DNA of 64,000 nucleotides, from NCBI GenBank assembly GCA_049274895.1, contig JBASTM010000011.1, positions 2,011 through 66,010 on the forward strand, written 5' to 3'. Source of the stretch: Minisyncoccia bacterium (lineage in GTDB: Bacteria; Patescibacteriota; Minisyncoccia; JACQLN01). The notes below the pieces were generated by a model. That model had not been told where the DNA came from. It saw nothing but the letters and a program-made list of their open reading frames with translations, and did no database searches. A program made the position numbers and the translations under genes. This document shows positions 16,892 through 26,782 of the stretch, one piece after another. Within the stretch, counting starts at the first letter, position 1; each line of letters opens with the position of its first letter.

Positions 16892-18265
16892 CTACTTCTT
16901 CAATATCGCATCTATTTGGGCCTGGATGGCTTTGATTTGATCCGCTATCTGCTGGGCCTGACTAGGCGCTGCTGATGACGGTGCGGCCGGAGCCACATAT
17001 GAAGGAGTTGGCGGGGCTATGGGAGCGCTGACCGAAGAACTGCCCAAAATTTCATTAATCTTTTGCAATGTAGCCGGCCCAACTCTACCCACTGCAGGCA
17101 GACCATACTTGGCTTGGAATTTCTTTACCGCGGCTGTGGTCTTGGGACCGTAGAAGCCGCTCACAGTGCCTTCGGGGTAAATGGTTGGATCTTGGGCTAA
17201 GAGCTTTTGCAAGTCCATAACTTCATCATTTCTAGCACCAGGATTAAGTTCAGAATCTATAGAAACTGATCCGGAAACCACCGGCGCAACCTGTGCGGCC
17301 GAGCCGGATGTGATGCTTTGAATTTGTTGCTGGATAGCTTGAATTTGAGATTGGATTTGATTGGCAGTTCTAGCTTGAACCGACGTTGACGGCGCTGGAG
17401 TTGATATGACTTCGGCTTTAGAACCAAAAACATCATTCAACTTAGCCAATGTAGCCGGCCCAACTCTACCCACTGCGGGCAAACCATACTTGGCTTGGAA
17501 TTTCTTTACCGCGGCCGTGGTCTTGGGACCGTAGAAGCCGCTCACAGTGCCTTCGGGATAAATGGTCGGGTCTTGGGACAAAAGCTCCTGCAGTTTCATA
17601 ACCTCGTCATTACGAGCACCGGGATTAATTTCCTTAGTTAGAACTGGCGCCATACTCACAGATACTGGAGCTGATACGACTGGTGCAACCACGGGGGCCG
17701 TAACAGCTGGAGTTGCTGGTCCAACTGTAGTTGCAGTTGTGGTAGTTGTAGTTTTTGGAGTAGCAGTTGTTGATGTAGTAGTAGTTGTAGTCGTGGTAGG
17801 AGAAGCCGAAGAAGTTGAAGATAATGTACTGGTGGTTGATGATGAACTGCTACTGCTAGAGGAAGACCCGCCTCCGCCGGAAGTGGTAGTACAAGTTGAG
17901 CTACCCGGGGCCACATTCACCGTTTCAGAGGAACCGGACGGCAGAGACACGGAAAGCACCGACGAAGAACTGCCGCATTCCAAACTAAACACGGTCTTGT
18001 CACCCCTATAAGTAAAATTCTTTTTATCGGCAGAAGTTAAATTGATGGTTGACCCTGACGCCAAGGTTATATCCATGTCCGCAGCATTCACAACCAATGT
18101 CTCTACCTTACCATTGGTAACGGTTAAATCTATAGTGTTGCCGCCAACGGTAACACTTAGGGTACCCCCACTAGAAATAACCACATCATCAAAAGCCGCA
18201 GAAACAACCAGAGGCAGTACTAACCCCAACAACACCCCGACCCTCAAAATGTTTTTAAGTTTCAT
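16892..18265 (-). CDS. Secreted protein with two peptidoglycan-binding (PG_binding_1-like) domains and a Ser/Thr-rich linker
   Basis: 457 aa with a signal peptide. A roughly 65-aa module ...PGARNDEVM.LQ.LL.QDPTIYPEGTVSGFYGPKTTAAVKKFQAKYGLPAVGRVGPATL... is duplicated. An S/T low-complexity block is present. Confidence 0.7.
   Translation of the reverse strand: MKLKNILRVGVLLGLVLPLVVSAAFDDVVISSGGTLSVTVGGNTIDLTVTNGKVETLVVNAADMDITLASGSTINLTSADKKNFTYRGDKTVFSLECGSSSSVLSVSLPSGSSETVNVAPGSSTCTTTSGGGGSSSSSSSSSSTTSTLSSTSSASPTTTTTTTTSTTATPKTTTTTTATTVGPATPAVTAPVVAPVVSAPVSVSMAPVLTKEINPGARNDEVMKLQELLSQDPTIYPEGTVSGFYGPKTTAAVKKFQAKYGLPAVGRVGPATLAKLNDVFGSKAEVISTPAPSTSVQARTANQIQSQIQAIQQQIQSITSGSAAQVAPVVSGSVSIDSELNPGARNDEVMDLQKLLAQDPTIYPEGTVSGFYGPKTTAAVKKFQAKYGLPAVGRVGPATLQKINEILGSSSVSAPIAPPTPSYVAPAAPSSAAPSQAQQIADQIKAIQAQIDAILKK
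17041..17260. repeat. Intragenic direct repeat, copy 1 (about 90% identical to 17421-17640)
   Basis: Near-identical roughly 200-nt DNA blocks encode the duplicated PG-binding module. Confidence 0.8.
17421..17640. repeat. Intragenic direct repeat, copy 2
   Basis: See copy 1. Confidence 0.8.
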
Positions 18266-18296
18266 AAGTAGAGCGTGTTAAAGAAATAAGAGAGCG

Positions 18297-19034
18297 TTAT
18301 TTGGGGCATTCAACCACATCCACGCTCAGAAAATCAGCAGCTCCTCCAACAGCTCCAACGGCATTAGCCACGGAATCAGCCATTATGGAAATACAATTGG
18401 CACCATTTGATGATCTGAGTATTATTTGGCCACCATTTCCGCCTTCACCGGCTATATAAACTGTAGCAGTCGCATTCTGGGCCGCACCCACTGCACCCAC
18501 AGTCAAGGAAGGATCAATGGTGAGCGTGCCTGTAACATCGGCATCGGCCCAAGTCGTTGTACCTATAGACACAGCACCGCTTAAACCGTCAACCAATAAA
18601 GAGCTCGAAGCTATACCAAAACCGTATCTAACGGAAGACGTAGCGGTTGTAGATGTAGCCGTGATGTAGGAAGTATAGATAAAGTCGCCGATTATGGCGC
18701 CTCCGGCAACAGCCAAACCGCCATCGTTATTAACATCACTCGACACAGTGGTGGTACCTATGCCAAACCGACCCATGGTCCACGAAGGATTGGTAGAAGT
18801 CGATTTAAAGTAATCAGCATGGACAAAACCTTCCACGATAGCCTCACCTTTAACGGCTAAGGCCGCACCGGGGGTAGTCGTGGCTACTGCCACACTGGAC
18901 GTGTTAATGGTTGTGGCACCGTAAGTCACCACCGCAACCATAAAAACTGACAGAAAGACCGCGGCAAAGGAAACAAAAAACCTCTGCTTATTATTTATAA
19001 TTTTAGTCATTTTTTTAAGATTCTCTGGAAACAA
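18297..19034 (-). CDS. Hypothetical exported Thr/Gly/Ala-rich surface protein
   Basis: 245 aa with an N-terminal TM/signal and low-complexity T/G/A-rich beta-type sequence. Confidence 0.4.
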   Translation of the reverse strand: MFPENLKKMTKIINNKQRFFVSFAAVFLSVFMVAVVTYGATTINTSSVAVATTTPGAALAVKGEAIVEGFVHADYFKSTSTNPSWTMGRFGIGTTTVSSDVNNDGGLAVAGGAIIGDFIYTSYITATSTTATSSVRYGFGIASSSLLVDGLSGAVSIGTTTWADADVTGTLTIDPSLTVGAVGAAQNATATVYIAGEGGNGGQIILRSSNGANCISIMADSVANAVGAVGGAADFLSVDVVECPK

Positions 19035-19092
19035 AAACCCAGAGAAGCTACTTTAATAATTTCGAGCCTAGCTGATGTTTAACATCTTAACA

Positions 19093-19124
19093 CTAAAAAC
19101 GAAAAACCTGTAAAGACAGGTTTT
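19093..19124 (-). terminator. Rho-independent terminator after the O-antigen ligase-TPR gene
   Basis: Minus strand reads aaacctgtctttacaggttt followed by ttcgttttt. Confidence 0.6.
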
Positions 19125-19159
19125 CCACAGCTATTAAAGCCTGTATGGTTTTTTGGGTT

Positions 19160-21406
19160 TTATCTGTCTATTTCTCCATTCCTTATCTCTTCGATAAAAG
19201 CCTCACCCTGGACTTTGAACCCCGGCGCCAGTTCTATGACTTTTTGCAGTTCTTCAATGGCTTTTTTGTCCTCAAAAATCTTTACGTATATTGAAGCCAG
19301 GTTCAACCGATATTGAACATTAGCAGGCTCCTGTTTAACCAGCATTTCCCAAATCCGGGCAACCTTTCCAAAATCACCTATAGCGGCGTAAGCGTTTATG
19401 TATTTAGTATCCGCTACCACCTCGGTTCCAAAATGCTTTTTTAACAAAGCATCCGCTTCCGACGATTTCCCTGAAAAAATAAGTATAACCGAGTAATTAT
19501 GAACGGCATCCGGAAACTCCGGCGCCAAGTCATAAGCTTTTTTAAGAGCCCTTAAGGCCAAATCCTCCTCGCCGGCCTTAAAATAAGCCTCGCCCAACAA
19601 AAAATAAAACTGTTGCCTTTTATCCGAAACGGTTAAACCTTCTTCTGCGGCCAAAACAGCGCTCGCCGGATCCTGATTCAGACCGTGAAGCGTCGAAAGA
19701 AAAGCCTTGGCCCTGACGTCGTATGGAAAATCCTCGGCTTGCTTCTTTATTTCTTTGAGAGCGAAATCTATAAATTCCGCTTTATCTTCTTCGGATGTAG
19801 CTGGGTCCTGATCTATCCTGTCGGCGTATTGAGCTAGTTGTTCCCTGATTTCGGGCGTGCCGAAAGTGTTGTAACTCAAACCTTTTTCTAGAGCCTTTAT
19901 ACCCTCACCCAGATCGCGCACCCGGCTGCCGTCGGCCGAATAGGTAACCATTCTTAAAGAATTGATTATGCTTTTTGAAGCTAATATCGGCTTCACGTTA
20001 AAGAAATAGATCGAAAAAACTAGCGTGGGTACCACCACAGCCATAACACCCCAGCGCAAACCGGAAGGAATTTCTACTTTAGAATTATTTTCAACAACAG
20101 GTACCGCCGAAGTTTCTCTATTTTGAGTCCAAAGACTGTGCAAATAAGCCAAAACGGCGAAAAAAAACATATAGCTTGTGAAATTATCGAAGACAAAAAT
20201 ATTATTCACGAAATAAGCGGCCAGCATTCCCGTAAAAACTCCCGAAACACCAACTGTAAAAATATTTTTTTTAGCCAGATCGTATAAAATCTTAAGCGCC
20301 GAAAAGAATAAACTTAAATAGGCCAAAAGGCCAACTAGTCCAGTAGACGTCATCCAGTCAAAAAAAACATTGTGAGCCCGGTCGAACCACGGCTCTTGGC
20401 GCCACAACTGCGGATCGTAATACTTGGAAAATATGTAAACGAAACTTTCCGGACCCCAACCCAAAACCGGGCGGTCCTGCCAAGCTTCGTAAGCCATGCG
20501 CCAAATTATAAAACGGGATTGGGTGGTTGTTTCGCTTAAAGAAATATCGGCGAACCTAGTTAAAACATCGCTATTTCGCACCAAAGACGAATCCTTGATC
20601 GATATAAAAACAACTGGAACAGCCGCAAGAAGAATTAAAAAAACCACGGCTAGTTTGCGAATCTTTCCTTTTTTCCATATAACACCGACGACCAGACCAA
20701 CCGCAAGACCAATTAACAACCCCAGCATAGCTCCACGAGTAGCTGTCTTATAGACGATGAAAAGTTCGAAAATTACCGCGACCGCCAAACCGATCCTTAG
20801 CCAAACATTTCTTCCGCGGGACTTAAGCAAGAAAAACAAAATTAAAAAAATATGGAAAACAAGATATATAGCCAAATAAGTGGCATTGCCCATGGTCCCG
20901 TCCAAACGTTCATCGCCTTGATGGACGTCCAATACACCTAGAAACTGGAATAAGGCATAAAAAGACGCGGCCAGGCTGGCCAAAATGGAAACGCTCCAAA
21001 ATTTAACCCAATCCCGTTCTCGCCTAAATACGCTACCTAAAATAATAAAATAAACGAAATAATGCCAATGGGCCCAAAATCCTTCCATACGTTCAAAGCC
21101 GGACCAAAAACTTTTATAAGGAGAAATGCTGAATATAGTGGCCAAAAATATGGCAGCCGCGAGGGTAATATAGCTGTAAAGAATCGCGGAAGAGCGGGGT
21201 CGGTACTTAGGATCAGCTAAAATAAGCCACAACCAAAAAACAAAAAGGATTTCTATGATAATCCTAAAAATAAAGTTCCTTCCGGTTATAAACGGAAAAT
21301 ATAAAGACTTAGTGACAACCAAAGGCAGAACCGGAACGATAAAGAGACCGATTTTTATGATCCAGCTTACGGAATTTTTATTCAGCATACTTTGTTTGTA
21401 TAGCAT
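19160..21406 (-). CDS. O-antigen ligase (Wzy_C) family membrane protein fused to C-terminal TPR repeats
   Basis: 748 aa with about 12 TM helices and a Wzy_C-like loop (WGPESFVY...RAHNVFFDWMTSTG). Several TPR-like repeats occupy the C-terminal 300 aa. Confidence 0.7.
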   Translation of the reverse strand: MLYKQSMLNKNSVSWIIKIGLFIVPVLPLVVTKSLYFPFITGRNFIFRIIIEILFVFWLWLILADPKYRPRSSAILYSYITLAAAIFLATIFSISPYKSFWSGFERMEGFWAHWHYFVYFIILGSVFRRERDWVKFWSVSILASLAASFYALFQFLGVLDVHQGDERLDGTMGNATYLAIYLVFHIFLILFFLLKSRGRNVWLRIGLAVAVIFELFIVYKTATRGAMLGLLIGLAVGLVVGVIWKKGKIRKLAVVFLILLAAVPVVFISIKDSSLVRNSDVLTRFADISLSETTTQSRFIIWRMAYEAWQDRPVLGWGPESFVYIFSKYYDPQLWRQEPWFDRAHNVFFDWMTSTGLVGLLAYLSLFFSALKILYDLAKKNIFTVGVSGVFTGMLAAYFVNNIFVFDNFTSYMFFFAVLAYLHSLWTQNRETSAVPVVENNSKVEIPSGLRWGVMAVVVPTLVFSIYFFNVKPILASKSIINSLRMVTYSADGSRVRDLGEGIKALEKGLSYNTFGTPEIREQLAQYADRIDQDPATSEEDKAEFIDFALKEIKKQAEDFPYDVRAKAFLSTLHGLNQDPASAVLAAEEGLTVSDKRQQFYFLLGEAYFKAGEEDLALRALKKAYDLAPEFPDAVHNYSVILIFSGKSSEADALLKKHFGTEVVADTKYINAYAAIGDFGKVARIWEMLVKQEPANVQYRLNLASIYVKIFEDKKAIEELQKVIELAPGFKVQGEAFIEEIRNGEIDR

Positions 21407-21434
21407 AAAAGCATACCCGTAGCAACAATTCTAA

Positions 21435-22148
21435 TTATATTTCACCCATCATTCTTTCGGCCAAAAGCCAATCTGCCGGGCTATCTATGTTAACACTGTA
21501 TTTTTCGGCCATGGGATAAATAACCGCTTTGTCGCCGTAGAAATTGGGATTGTCCGGATGGGATAATAGTTCGGTTTTGAACAAATAAATCGCGCCGTTA
21601 TGGTAATAGGTTTTTTTTGGAAAACTTTGGCGTCTGGGGATGCGTTTATGCAACGGCTCTCGGCTGGTTAAAAGCTTAGCCCAACCGGTTTCGTCTTCCG
21701 CCACCGCCCAATAGGGGCTAAAGTGGCCGGGAATCTCCGACATACTGACCACCGAATCCGCTCCTCTAGTTATAAAAAGCTCTAAGGCCTCTTTAATATG
21801 CCAAGTTTGGCGCAGCGGCGCCGTGGGCTGAAGCAACATAACAGCATCGGGCTGGTAATCTTGATTTTCTTTAAGCCAGGAAACGGCATGTTGGAGTACC
21901 GGCAGATGGGGCGTGCCGTCCTGGGCTAAATCCGCCGGGCGCATAAACGGCACATCCACGCCGTATTTCTTGGCCACCTCGGCGATTTCGGTGTCGTCGG
22001 TGCTTAAGATAATGCGGTCAAAAACACCCGACTCCTGCGCAGTTTTTATGGTATAGGCAATCAAAGGCTGTCCACATAAATCGTTTATGTTTTTGCGGGG
22101 TATGCCTTTGGACCCGCCCCGAGCAGTAATAATTCCGAGTATTTTCAT
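21435..22148 (-). CDS. Acylneuraminate (nonulosonic acid) cytidylyltransferase, NeuA/CMP-sugar synthetase family, paralog 1
   Basis: 237 aa with MKILGIITARGGSKGIPRKNI, the CTP_transf_3 signature. Confidence 0.75.
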   Translation of the reverse strand: MKILGIITARGGSKGIPRKNINDLCGQPLIAYTIKTAQESGVFDRIILSTDDTEIAEVAKKYGVDVPFMRPADLAQDGTPHLPVLQHAVSWLKENQDYQPDAVMLLQPTAPLRQTWHIKEALELFITRGADSVVSMSEIPGHFSPYWAVAEDETGWAKLLTSREPLHKRIPRRQSFPKKTYYHNGAIYLFKTELLSHPDNPNFYGDKAVIYPMAEKYSVNIDSPADWLLAERMMGEI

Positions 22149-22165
22149 ATTTTATTCGCGTGGGG

Positions 22166-23413
22166 TCATAAATCGTTAAATGATTTTTGAATATCTAAAT
22201 CAACTGTAGCAAGTATACTGGCCATATTGGAAGCAGTGTTCCCCCAACCGAACATATCGCTTTTTGGGTACTGACCGTGACTGATCTGAAACGCCATCGC
22301 TTTTTTAAGCGAATCGGCGTTACCTTCAACTTCTAAAACATTCTCACCCTTTTCCCTTTTATTCTGCCGCAAACCCGCTAAAACAACGGGTGTGCCAAAA
22401 TAAGCGCCCTCCCGAATAAAACTGGAGGAATTGCCTACGGCGCAGGCGGTATTTTTTAGGTATTTGTAAAAATCGTCCGGGTGGAGATGTTTGGTAAAAA
22501 AAACATCTTGGGGTTTTTCGTTTTCTAGCCAATTTCTGACGGCACTACCCAGCACATCAGAACCGGCGTCAATGTTGGAACCCAAAATTACTTTTGGCCA
22601 GGGCAGTTCTTTTAAGGCCAAGATGAGATTGGTGACCAGTTTGATATTCCCCTCTTGAGAGTCGGTAGCCACGGGATGGACCAAAACTAAGATATAGGGT
22701 TGATTTACATTCAAGCCAGGAAAAACTCTTGGCGGGATCGTAAAATCAATCTTGGCCACAGCGTCTATGGCTGGTGAACCCACCGCAAAAACTTTACCGG
22801 GATCCTCGCCCATTTGGATCACCCGCCGTCGGCTGGATTCGGTGGAAGTAAAATGAATATGGGCCAGTTTGGTAATGGCATGCCGGATACTTTCATCAAT
22901 TGTTCCCGAAACATCGCCGCCTTCATTGTGGGCTATGGGAACGTTCAGGTAAGAAGCCGCGATGGCCACCGCCAACATTTCAAAACGGTCGGCGTTCACA
23001 AAAACAATGTCGGGTTTTATTTTTTTGATTTCCTCGACTAATCTTTCTACGCCCAAACCCACTGTTTTAGCCATAGTTTCCGATTTGCCCCCGTCAAAAA
23101 ATATAGGCGCGTATGATTCTATTTCAAAACCGTCTTTGATTAAATTCTGGGCCAAAAAATCGTTTCTAAAAACATAATCTTGTCCGGCCCACGACCTTAG
23201 ACGCGCCAACACATACCACGGCCCGGCGGCCACCCACGATCGCGGCCGGCTGTGGGCGATATTCTTAAAAAAATAGCCGTAAGCCGCCGGCACGCCCACG
23301 ATTATTTTCAAATCCAAAGCTGGATGATTTTTAATGGCGTCAAGCACCGGCCGCAACCGGCCGTAATGCGCCCGGTTAAAAATCGGCACCAGAATTTTTC
23401 TTTTGGGATTCAT
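22166..23413 (-). CDS. UDP-N-acetylglucosamine 2-epimerase (hydrolysing), NeuC-like
   Basis: 415 aa with the H-x-E-G-G catalytic motif (IAHNEGGDVSG). The epimerase_2 fold carries a Trp-rich N-terminal insertion. Confidence 0.6.
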   Translation of the reverse strand: MNPKRKILVPIFNRAHYGRLRPVLDAIKNHPALDLKIIVGVPAAYGYFFKNIAHSRPRSWVAAGPWYVLARLRSWAGQDYVFRNDFLAQNLIKDGFEIESYAPIFFDGGKSETMAKTVGLGVERLVEEIKKIKPDIVFVNADRFEMLAVAIAASYLNVPIAHNEGGDVSGTIDESIRHAITKLAHIHFTSTESSRRRVIQMGEDPGKVFAVGSPAIDAVAKIDFTIPPRVFPGLNVNQPYILVLVHPVATDSQEGNIKLVTNLILALKELPWPKVILGSNIDAGSDVLGSAVRNWLENEKPQDVFFTKHLHPDDFYKYLKNTACAVGNSSSFIREGAYFGTPVVLAGLRQNKREKGENVLEVEGNADSLKKAMAFQISHGQYPKSDMFGWGNTASNMASILATVDLDIQKSFNDL

Positions 23414-23415
23414 AA

Positions 23416-24525
23416 TTAAACTATCATTTCGGGAGTTATCGGCTGGTGCCTGGCAATATCCGTTTGGGCAACTCTGCCAACTACAGTTTCAAACTTTTCC
23501 GACGGTAAACCGGCCAAATGCGCCTGCGGCCTCATCGCCCCCACCAACTCGCGAGTTACCATAGAACCGGCCGGAATATCTTCCAGCGCCACCAAAGTTT
23601 TCCTAAAAAACGGCCGGAACTGGGCTTCACCTTCTTGTAAGGTTTTAGCCGAATCGCCCAACCCGGCCCTGACAATATCTTTGGAAAGATATTCTTCCTT
23701 TTTATATGGATCCGATTCCAGTTCTCTGATGCCGCCGACCAAACTAGCCAACTCCGAAGGCGTCATGGCCACCTTATGATCCGAACCCCACAAATCACGG
23801 CTCAAAGAAAAATGTTTTTCGATGATGGTCGCGCCCAACGCCACCGCGGCCAGAGCCGAATCAATGCCAATAGAGTGGTCCGAAAAACCTATCGGGATAT
23901 TGTACCTCTCTCTAAAAAAATTGACGGTACCCAGTTGCAATTCCTCCGGCGGGCAGGGATATTTGGAGACGCAATGCAGTAAAGCCAACTCGGCGCCTCG
24001 CCGGCTTAAAAAATCAACCGCGAGGTCAACCTCTTCCAAAGTGCTCATACCGGCCGAGATAATAATGGGCTTATCCGACGCGGCCAGGTAATCCAGCATT
24101 ACAAAATCCAAAATATCGCCCGAGCCGACTTTCCATAAATCCACGCCGACTTCCTCGTTCAAAAGCTTGGCCGCGCCGCGGCTCATAGGTGTGGAGAAAA
24201 AAATTATGCCTAAGTCGTCGCAGTATTTTTTTAATTCCCGCCAGAACCACACCGGTGTGGCCAAAGTGTTTCTTTTGACCCAGTTATACCTGTCCGCGCC
24301 CTTAAAATGCGGCGCGACAACATTGATATCAGCTTGTTCGTCTGCCACGGTATGGGTTTGAAACTTAACCGCGTCGGCTCCGGTTTCTTTAGCCAGCCGC
24401 GCCAGCTCTTTGGCATTTTCTAAATAGACCTCCACCGGCTGATCCACCTCGGTCTGGATAAAACCCTTACCCACCTCGGCCACCATAAAAACCCCATCGC
24501 CGATTATATTTGATAATTTATTCAT
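23416..24525 (-). CDS. N-acylneuraminate (nonulosonic acid) synthase, NeuB family, with C-terminal SAF domain
   Basis: 369 aa. The TIM-barrel NeuB motif is ...IIEKHFSLSRDLWGSDH.... A C-terminal SAF domain is present. Confidence 0.8.
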   Translation of the reverse strand: MNKLSNIIGDGVFMVAEVGKGFIQTEVDQPVEVYLENAKELARLAKETGADAVKFQTHTVADEQADINVVAPHFKGADRYNWVKRNTLATPVWFWRELKKYCDDLGIIFFSTPMSRGAAKLLNEEVGVDLWKVGSGDILDFVMLDYLAASDKPIIISAGMSTLEEVDLAVDFLSRRGAELALLHCVSKYPCPPEELQLGTVNFFRERYNIPIGFSDHSIGIDSALAAVALGATIIEKHFSLSRDLWGSDHKVAMTPSELASLVGGIRELESDPYKKEEYLSKDIVRAGLGDSAKTLQEGEAQFRPFFRKTLVALEDIPAGSMVTRELVGAMRPQAHLAGLPSEKFETVVGRVAQTDIARHQPITPEMIV

Positions 24526-25499
24526 GATTCAAAAACTTTTTTATCGTCCCAATTATAAACCCATTCACCGCCGACCAGACTGGCGAAACGGCCGCGGTAA
24601 TAATCGCGGTTAAGCATCTCGGTATGGGTCATATCCCTTTCGGCTAAACCAAGCATGGTTTTCCATTCTGGAATTTCTTTGGACACGATTGATTTTTGTT
24701 CCTCTGGCGATAATTTTGCAAAAGAAGAAAGCTCTTTTAATTGCGCTGGGTTTATAGAAACCGGCCCGTCTTTGGTTTTATCGGCTTCAAGAACCGTAAA
24801 ATGCCTTTCCACATAATCAGCGCCGAGCATCATGGCTACCTTGGCCATTTTAATTCCGTCTCGGGCAATTAAAGAATGATCTGACCAACCCACCGAAGGC
24901 GTAAATTGGCGCAACCATTCCAGCCGGGCCAAGTTAGCCATGGCCGCGGTGTTGGGATAACTCGTTACGCAATGCAAAAAGGTGAATTTTTTGTTTTTTG
25001 ATTTTAACAGCTCGGCTGTTTTTTTAATCTCATCGTCAAACGAAGCGCCGGTGGAAACAATCAAGTGATCAAATTTTTCGGCCAGTTCCAAAATCATCTG
25101 GTGGCTGCCGCAGTCGTAACTCGCCACCTTAACCAGTTTTTCTCCTTTATACGGCAGTAAAGTCGCTAGAGGAATCCTGTTTCTGGAAAAAACTGTGAGC
25201 ATCGGCGTTATGCCGACTCGATTACACTCCTCCACAAAAAACCGGTAATCGGCTTCGGTCAAGTCCAGCAACTTCATCCGTTCAAACTCTGCCTGATACG
25301 GCCGCTTGATGGTTTTTCTAACACCGTTATGTTCTTCCAACCCTTCATCAAATCTCTCGCGGGGTGTGAGATCCTCCGAAAAAATTATTTGACCCTTCAC
25401 AATATCCGCCCCGTTTTCCTTGGCGGCGTAAATCAGATCTTTAAGAACTTGGCGCTCGCCGTTGTGATTTTGACAAATTTCTACGATGATTTTAGCCAT
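24522..25499 (-). CDS. NeuB-family nonulosonic acid synthase paralog lacking the SAF domain
   Basis: 325 aa with MAKIIVEICQNHNG...VERHFTVLEADKTKDGPVS. ATGA overlap with the downstream neuB. Confidence 0.6.
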   Translation of the reverse strand: MAKIIVEICQNHNGERQVLKDLIYAAKENGADIVKGQIIFSEDLTPRERFDEGLEEHNGVRKTIKRPYQAEFERMKLLDLTEADYRFFVEECNRVGITPMLTVFSRNRIPLATLLPYKGEKLVKVASYDCGSHQMILELAEKFDHLIVSTGASFDDEIKKTAELLKSKNKKFTFLHCVTSYPNTAAMANLARLEWLRQFTPSVGWSDHSLIARDGIKMAKVAMMLGADYVERHFTVLEADKTKDGPVSINPAQLKELSSFAKLSPEEQKSIVSKEIPEWKTMLGLAERDMTHTEMLNRDYYRGRFASLVGGEWVYNWDDKKVFES

Positions 25500-25560
25500 T
25501 GGATTTTACTTTTTTCAGATAACAATACAACCCTAAAATTAACAAATTTGTCTCTTGACA

Positions 25561-25592
25561 TCAAAGTATCCTGAGATGGCGATCGCCATCTC
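25561..25592. terminator. Palindromic hairpin with GCGATCGC core, a paralog of the 15011-15040 element
   Basis: atcctgagatggcgatcgccatctcaggat is a perfect palindrome. Confidence 0.55.
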
Positions 25593-25624
25593 AGGATACA
25601 AAAACAAGGGCGAAGTAAAAACAA

Positions 25625-26782
25625 TTATCTTTGTAGAAAATCCTCTACAATCATCTTGGTGCAGTATTTATTGCCGTCGTAGGTGCCAAAACGATCCAAA
25701 AGATTTTTGTTTACCGCCTGGATTTTGGGCTTGAGCGATTCGGCTTGAGATAAAATTTCTTCTAGCGGCTGGCCGCGATAGATTATACCCAAACCGAGTT
25801 TTTCCACGCAAAGATTATTAAAATAAATTTCGGGGTCGTCTTTAGGGTCAAATTCCGGAGAGACAAACGGCGTGCCGGCCAGCATTGAAAGCCAGACCGA
25901 ACCCCAACCGCTACGGGCGAACTGGAGCTTGATGTTTGCGTTGGGAATAACATGAGGCAAAAGTTTTTCGCTCCCGGGCACAGCTTGGGTATCGTTACTG
26001 TAAAGCTTGAGGCCGAGTTTTTGAGCTTCGGCGTAAAGACGTTCCAAACCGGGAATGCCGGTTATGGTCACATAAATACCTTCGGCAATATCGTCGTTAT
26101 TGGGAACCGGCGGATAGATGGTGGGCGGTATTGAAATCTCTTTAAGGTAAGGTCGGCGGCCTTCCAGATAAGAAAAAGTCCCGGGATGGGCTATGGCCAT
26201 AAACCGGTATTGGGACTCAATCTCCGAAGCCAAAGGGATAATTCTCCTGACTAATTCCCGATCCACTGCAATCTCTTTTTTAGAAACAGTTAGAGTATTT
26301 TTGAGAATTTCAGAAGTGTGCCCAAAACTGACTCCGTAACTCAATGGCAAGCCATACTTGACCCGACCGGAACGGGATAGCTCCACAACTATATCACTGC
26401 CGGAAACCACTTTTTTGTTCCCAGCTAAATCCTCTACTTCAATATCGCCCTTTAGATAATTGGCGGCCGCTGAATTGACCTCGGTGAACTTGTCGGCCCA
26501 AATTTGCAAAGCTTGTTCATAGGTGTTATCACCATAGAAAATAGTTTTAAGAATCTCCCCCAACCGAGGGGCTAGCAAAATTTCGCCGGGATATTTTTGA
26601 TTCGCGGAGCTAAACTCCTCCAGCATAATCCGTTTCTGTTTCTCGCCATAAACCCACGGTACGATAATGCCACAGCGTTCCCTACCTTCGGACTCCAATT
26701 GTTCATTTATAGATAGAGCGATCTCTGTGGTTCTCAAATAAGGACCAGTTCCATAAGCAAAATTAGTGACTATATTCTTCAT
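25625..26782 (-). CDS. Hypothetical protein with a GT-B-like glycosyltransferase C-terminal signature
   Basis: 385 aa with ...FARSGWGSVWLSMLAGTPFV... resembling the GT-B donor-binding region. The assignment is weak. Confidence 0.3.
   Translation of the reverse strand: MKNIVTNFAYGTGPYLRTTEIALSINEQLESEGRERCGIIVPWVYGEKQKRIMLEEFSSANQKYPGEILLAPRLGEILKTIFYGDNTYEQALQIWADKFTEVNSAAANYLKGDIEVEDLAGNKKVVSGSDIVVELSRSGRVKYGLPLSYGVSFGHTSEILKNTLTVSKKEIAVDRELVRRIIPLASEIESQYRFMAIAHPGTFSYLEGRRPYLKEISIPPTIYPPVPNNDDIAEGIYVTITGIPGLERLYAEAQKLGLKLYSNDTQAVPGSEKLLPHVIPNANIKLQFARSGWGSVWLSMLAGTPFVSPEFDPKDDPEIYFNNLCVEKLGLGIIYRGQPLEEILSQAESLKPKIQAVNKNLLDRFGTYDGNKYCTKMIVEDFLQR

Noticed and set aside
17562-18011. Plus ORF (149 aa, poly-Val/Glu) and minus ORF 17656-17916 (poly-Leu/Gln)
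   Set aside because: They are alternative-frame or antisense reads of the Ser/Thr-rich linker of the PG-binding protein gene, a low-complexity artefact.
15011-25592. GCGATCGC (HIP1) as evidence of cyanobacterial origin
   Set aside because: Only two occurrences, both embedded in terminator palindromes. The gene content is not cyanobacterial.
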